Assembly (NCBI GenBank): GCA_023396065.1
Contig: JAEWXF010000025.1
Coordinates: 1,201 to 65,200 of the forward strand
DNA length: 64,000 nucleotides
Reading direction: 5' to 3'
Source of the DNA: Methanobacteriota archaeon
GTDB taxonomy: Archaea; Halobacteriota; Methanomicrobia; Methanomicrobiales; Methanocorpusculaceae
This document shows, piece by piece, positions 59,375 through 64,000 of this stretch. The notes under the pieces were generated by a model. The model ran no database searches and was not told where the DNA came from. It worked only from the letters and a program-made list of their open reading frames with translations. Both the position numbers and the translations under genes were made by a program. The number at the start of each line of letters is the position of its first letter. Within the stretch, counting starts at the first letter, position 1.

Positions 59375-60707
59375 AAAATCATTATTTATTTCTGCACATA
59401 ATTTTGGATGCAAATCATTTTATGACTATTATAAAGAATGTGGGATAAGCCAGTGGCAAACCTATGCTGAATTAAAAGAAGCTCAGGATAAAAATTTGAG
59501 ACACATGATTTCATATGCGTATGAAAATGTGCCTTATTATCATAAGCTATTTACGTCATTAAAATTGCTGCCAAAAGATATCAAGACATCTGAAGACCTG
59601 GAGAAATTACCTGTCCTTACAAAAGACATTATCCGACAGAACTGGGATGATTTTATGCCCATTGGACTTGCATCAATGAAGTATGAGAATCATTCATCTG
59701 GAGGGACAACGGGAACGCCATTTCGATATCGTTTATCGTGGAATGACAGGTTTTTTAGTGGAGCTATATTGTATCGTGGATGGGGATATGGAGGGTATGA
59801 ACTTGGTGACAGGATGGTTTTCCTTGCAGGTGCATCTCTGGGCGTAACACCAAAATCCATCATAACAAAAAAAGCACATGAATTCTCCAGAAATCTAAAA
59901 ATGCTTTCAGCGTTTGATATGGGAGACCTTGAGATGAAGCAGTATTCTGATACCATTAATAGTTTCCATCCAAAATATATCCGAGGATATCCATCAGCAT
60001 TGCATTCGTTTTCTACGTGGATTGAAGAGAATGATATCTCAATATCCCCCTTAAAAGCTATTTTTACGACGTCTGAGATGCTTTATCCAAATGTAAGAAA
60101 AAAGATCTCCTCTGTATTTCAGACCGATGTTTACAATAATTACGGATTGAATGACGGTGGCGTCACTGCCTTTGAATGTGATCAGCATTCCGGGCTACAT
60201 ATCGATATGGAAAGAAGTGTAATGGAAGTTGTAAATCCCAATAATCAGCAACTTACCGATGATGAAGGGCGCATTCTGGCAACGAGCCTATTCAATTATG
60301 CTATGCCGTTTATCCGGTACGAAACCGGGGATGAAGCAGTTATTACTACGGATGTTTGTTCTTGCGGAAGAGGGTTACCATTACTGCAGGATATCAGAGG
60401 ACGAAGCGTTGATGTGCTGATTACTCCAGAGGGTAAAAAAGTCCATGGTTGGTTCCTGCTATACATTTTCTGGGAATATGATCGTGGTATTAAAGAGTAT
60501 CAGGTAGTTCAGAATTCGGTAGATACCCTTGAGATCAAGCTGGTTGTAACCGATGACTTTGATGAGAGTCAATTAGATGTAATTTGTGCAGTGATTCACG
60601 AAAAAAGTGCCGGATGGCATATTGAATTCAGGTTCGTAGATCGTATTGAGAGAGCTGGAAATGCGAAATATAAATATATTGTAAATAATTTGCAGGAATG
60701 TGAATGA
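59367..60707 (+). CDS. CapK / phenylacetate-CoA-ligase-like adenylate-forming enzyme
   Basis: AYENVPYY, LPVLTK, SSGGTTGTP, RGYPS, NNYG, MPFIRYETGD, CSCGRGLP, IRGR. Confidence 0.85.
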   Translation: MFRKSLFISAHNFGCKSFYDYYKECGISQWQTYAELKEAQDKNLRHMISYAYENVPYYHKLFTSLKLLPKDIKTSEDLEKLPVLTKDIIRQNWDDFMPIGLASMKYENHSSGGTTGTPFRYRLSWNDRFFSGAILYRGWGYGGYELGDRMVFLAGASLGVTPKSIITKKAHEFSRNLKMLSAFDMGDLEMKQYSDTINSFHPKYIRGYPSALHSFSTWIEENDISISPLKAIFTTSEMLYPNVRKKISSVFQTDVYNNYGLNDGGVTAFECDQHSGLHIDMERSVMEVVNPNNQQLTDDEGRILATSLFNYAMPFIRYETGDEAVITTDVCSCGRGLPLLQDIRGRSVDVLITPEGKKVHGWFLLYIFWEYDRGIKEYQVVQNSVDTLEIKLVVTDDFDESQLDVICAVIHEKSAGWHIEFRFVDRIERAGNAKYKYIVNNLQECE

Positions 60708-61762
60708 CAATCAAAATAATTGCTGTTGGAGACATAATGCTTGGGGATCAAGATTTATGTGCGGGTTTCGGTGTTGGCAGTCATATTAAGAAACGAGGGG
60801 CCAATTACCTATTCGATGATGTTCGTGACATCTTAAGCAGAGGTGATATAGTATTTGGAAACCTTGAATGCTCAGTTAACAGGGATGCCAATATAGATTA
60901 CAAGAAAACTTTCTTCTGTGCTTGTCCTGCTGTAGTCCCTGCATTAAAAAATGCAGGATTTAATGCATTGTCTGTTGCAAACAATCATATCATGCAGAAT
61001 GGGCTTGAGATATATAATCATACAATTAACTTATTGGATGAAAATAAAATCCTGCCGGTTGGTGTCAGGAATGATGTGCGAATTAAAAAAATCCATGGTT
61101 TGGACATTGCTTTTTTTGGATACTCATTCATAGATGATAAAATATGTGGTGTTGGGTATAATAAAATAATTGATGATAAAAAAATATTTGATGATATATC
61201 TAAGATCAGGGCATCTTCTGATTTGATTATCATCTCTCTACATTGGGGGTTGGAATATGTGCCTTATGCATCCGTATGGCAAATTGAAACAGCCCGAAAA
61301 TTAATTGATGCTGGGGCAGATGTTATTCTGGGAGGACATTCACATGTTTTGCAGGGTTATGAAATTTATAATGGAAAACCCATAATCTATAGTTTAGGTA
61401 ATTTTATTTTTGATCAGACTTTTAATCCCGAAACCACAATTAGTGCAATATTTGAGATAAATATTGGGGAAAACGTGGAAATCAAATGCATGCCCATCTT
61501 GATCAATCCAGTGCATTATGCTCTGAATTTATCATTAAGCGAAGAGCTTGTCAATGCTGTTTCCACTGCACATAGAAATATTGAGGGTAATAGTATTTCT
61601 AAGTATGAAACGTTAGTTGTAAACTATCTTTCGGCAGATAACCCATTTCATAAAATGGCTAAAAAACATATGAAACGTCATTTCTGTAAACATTTTTATA
61701 AATATATGATGAGACAGAATGTGCACATAATATTTGAATATATACGCAATATTGTGAGGTAA
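60704..61762 (+). CDS. CapA (PGA_cap) family metallophosphoesterase-like protein
   Basis: VGDIML, GNLE, VANNH, SLHWG.EY, GGHSH, YSLGNFIF. Confidence 0.88.
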   Translation: MTIKIIAVGDIMLGDQDLCAGFGVGSHIKKRGANYLFDDVRDILSRGDIVFGNLECSVNRDANIDYKKTFFCACPAVVPALKNAGFNALSVANNHIMQNGLEIYNHTINLLDENKILPVGVRNDVRIKKIHGLDIAFFGYSFIDDKICGVGYNKIIDDKKIFDDISKIRASSDLIIISLHWGLEYVPYASVWQIETARKLIDAGADVILGGHSHVLQGYEIYNGKPIIYSLGNFIFDQTFNPETTISAIFEINIGENVEIKCMPILINPVHYALNLSLSEELVNAVSTAHRNIEGNSISKYETLVVNYLSADNPFHKMAKKHMKRHFCKHFYKYMMRQNVHIIFEYIRNIVR

Positions 61763-61767
61763 ATTTT

Positions 61768-62883
61768 ATGAAAATAGCTTTAGTTATAGGTCTTTTTGAT
61801 CGAAATGCAGAGCATTTTGTGGAGCAAATAGCCTTTTGTGAAGAGGTTGATGATGTGTTTGTAATCCGTGATACCCCTGCGAAAGCGATACCAAAAGTAC
61901 ATTATATCACTCCCATTAGAAAATTTCCGAAGGTATTCCGTGCACTGATTAAGTTCATTTTGTTGTTACGAGTCTCGTGGAGAGAAGATATTGATTATAT
62001 TCACTCCTTTTTACTATTCCCTCATGGGTATATCGGATTGTTATGCGGAATATTAACCCATAAAAAAACCGGGGTCTCTTTTATCGCAGGTCCAATTGAA
62101 TTATTTAATCTGGAGGTTTGCAATGTTATTGGAAAATATCCATATTTGCCATATAATAAATCAATCTCTAAAAAAAAGAGAATATTTTTTCTGAAATATT
62201 ACTTAATTAATAAATTTTCAATTCTCACCACAACGGGTGACTATACCAAAAGTGTATTGGAGAGATATGGAATTTCTAACAGTAAAATATATGTCTTGCC
62301 CCACACTGTGGATGACCGATTCAAACCAATTGGATGCACCAAGATCTATGACCTTATTGTAGTCGGGAGACTAGCCCGAGTAAAACATCTAAGTACGTTT
62401 ATTCGTGCTTTGGCGCTTATTAAAGATGAATTACCATCTGTTCACGCTGTAATTGTTGGTGATGGTGAATGCATCCAATCATTAAGACAACTTGCTCAAT
62501 CATTAAGTTTGGGGGAAGAGACATTACATTTTGCCGGCTACCAAATGAATGTGTGGGAGTGGTATAACAGAAGCCGTATTTCAATAATCTCCTCAGAAAG
62601 GGAGGGGTTTCCATACACAGCTATTGAATCACTGAAATGTGGGGTGCCAGTCATCACTTCCAATTGTGGGGATATATGCGATATTGTAAAAGACAGATAT
62701 AATGGTTGCGTCATTCAAGAATATGATGATGTGGAAGGATTTGCGCAGGCTATTGTGGAGTTATTGCAAAATGAGGATGAACTCAAGCGAATGACAGAAA
62801 ATGCAGTGCCTTCAGTTGCCTCGGTTAATCATGAACATGTGTGTGAAATATGGGACAACATATTAAGAAAGGTGAATGACTGA
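61768..62883 (+). CDS. GT4 glycosyltransferase
   Basis: VGRLARVK, VGDG, SEREGFPYTAIE (Ex7E), NG. Confidence 0.85.
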   Translation: MKIALVIGLFDRNAEHFVEQIAFCEEVDDVFVIRDTPAKAIPKVHYITPIRKFPKVFRALIKFILLLRVSWREDIDYIHSFLLFPHGYIGLLCGILTHKKTGVSFIAGPIELFNLEVCNVIGKYPYLPYNKSISKKKRIFFLKYYLINKFSILTTTGDYTKSVLERYGISNSKIYVLPHTVDDRFKPIGCTKIYDLIVVGRLARVKHLSTFIRALALIKDELPSVHAVIVGDGECIQSLRQLAQSLSLGEETLHFAGYQMNVWEWYNRSRISIISSEREGFPYTAIESLKCGVPVITSNCGDICDIVKDRYNGCVIQEYDDVEGFAQAIVELLQNEDELKRMTENAVPSVASVNHEHVCEIWDNILRKVND

Positions 62884-62885
62884 TT

Positions 62886-63590
62886 ATGTTTGAGATCATT
62901 AGTTATGAAACGGTGCCTTATGGTGTTTCACTCGTTGATTGCGTAGAGAAGATTTCCAAGCAGATATACATCATATATTATGGAATAAACCATTATGGAA
63001 AAATTTCCTACCGATGCAATCTGAGTCTGCAGCGTGACAAAAAGATACTTCTCACGGTCGGTAATTGCGTGGCTATTACGGGGCATCGCTATCTGATTGA
63101 GGCCATGAAGAAGATACATAAGGAAAGTTCAGACGCTTTCTGTAGCATTCTGGGCAGTGGTGAGTTATATCCAAAGGAGAAGGAGCTGGTGGCACAGATT
63201 GGATTATTGGATTGCATCTGGATGGTTGGCGGGAAACCGCATGAGGAGATTCCGTTGTGGATGAATGCGTGTGATGTGTTTGTGCTGCCGAGTTTGAATG
63301 AGGGAAATCCCACGGTGTTGATGGAAACTTTGGGATGTGGGAAACCGTTTATTGGGACACGAGTTGATGGGGTTCCTGAGATGATTTGCTCGGAGGAGTA
63401 TGGGCTACTGTGTGACGCAGGGGGTGGTAAGGGGCTTGTAAGATGTATTAATTCGGCCCTTGATGTGGATTGGGATTCGGACAAAATATGGGATTATGCA
63501 AGAAACTATACGTGGAAAACCATTTGTAAAAATATCTTCCGTATCTATCTGCGAATATTCATGATCAAAGATACATATGGTGAGAGATGA
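62886..63590 (+). pseudogene. N-terminally truncated GT4 glycosyltransferase (TuaC-like C-terminal domain)
   Basis: Only 234 aa; retains WMNACDVFVLPSLNEGNPTVLMETLGCGKP but lacks most of the acceptor-binding N-terminal domain. Confidence 0.55.
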
Positions 63591-63632
63591 TGAGTGGAAA
63601 CCTGCAGTACTAGTCTTAAATGGTAAATATAA

Positions 63633-64000
63633 ATGGTCTCAAATAAATATGAAAAATGTGGGTTGTTATCGGCATGTCTTCTCCTGATATGTGGGAATAT
63701 TTGTTCATATCTCAGTTACTCTGAAGTCTATACCACAGATGTTTATTCCCGATTATTCCCAATATTTTTCCTGTTTGAGATTGTTATTATTGGAGTTCTC
63801 GGGTGGTATATCATCTGTCTGAAGAGATACTCTTCAATTGGTAACAGCCCGATCCTGCTGTGGGTAGCTGTATTTATCGCATTATGTGCACGGCTTATGA
63901 TCCTATATCTGCCGCATATCTCTGGAATTGCTGGATATGCTGGGGATCACAATACTCATGCCGTATATATCTATGAGATTGTTAGTAATGGCGCTTTTCA
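63633..64000 (+). CDS. Polytopic membrane protein (possible GT-C/polymerase-like), 5' part; runs off the window edge
   Basis: Not in the ORF track. Open frame from ATG 63633: MVSNKYEKCGLLSACLLLICG...FPIFFLFEIVIIGVLGWYII...LLWVAVFIALCARLMILYLPHI...GDHNTHAVYIYEIVSNG. Confidence 0.6.
   Translation, partial: MVSNKYEKCGLLSACLLLICGNICSYLSYSEVYTTDVYSRLFPIFFLFEIVIIGVLGWYIICLKRYSSIGNSPILLWVAVFIALCARLMILYLPHISGIAGYAGDHNTHAVYIYEIVSNGAF

Noticed and set aside
1..64000. CRISPR array, cas genes or rRNA
   Set aside because: No regularly spaced direct repeats, cas motifs or rRNA-like sequence were seen on reading the window

Overview
Archaeal chromosome segment from a hydrogenotrophic methanogen of the order Methanomicrobiales, most consistent with Methanocorpusculum (inferred from protein families, no database search run). 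About 1-44 kb is GC-rich core genome. It holds the coenzyme F430 operon cfbA-E-D-B (no cfbC), divergent from an Hjc-like nuclease / methanogenesis-marker-9 / CitG-like / DUF447 operon. It also has rpiA, tandem DHA2 MFS exporters, a Zn/Mn ABC transporter, the sulfide-dependent homocysteine synthesis trio, hisD, presenilin-like protease, fen, methanofuran genes mfnD/mfnF, surE, an RPA-like/phosphoesterase/Lhr helicase operon, tbp, an acyl-CoA synthetase, tRNA-Gly(GCC), tRNA-Leu(CAG) and a sirC-hemA-hemB-hemL-hemC-cobA operon lacking hemD. About 44-64 kb is an accessory surface-glycan region. It holds an MNT/HEPN toxin-antitoxin pair plus a collapsed second copy, a frameshifted AAA+/DUF4143 ATPase, an AT-rich two-gene orphan cassette, a decayed IS481 element, a complete WbpE/I/B/A/D-like diacetamido-uronic-acid pathway and an AT-rich glycosyltransferase/CapK/CapA cluster. 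The most unusual signals are: a precise 51-nt double-hairpin insertion (and probably a second ~32-nt one) inside the IS481 transposase; a nested inverted-repeat (REPIN/MITE-like) element between lhr and tbp; a ~200-bp antisense overlap between a transposase-N-terminus-like Zn-finger gene and a small membrane Zn-ribbon gene; and the orphan TPR/Cys-rich plus membrane-anchored cassette in a defence-island-like context. No CRISPR array or rRNA was seen.
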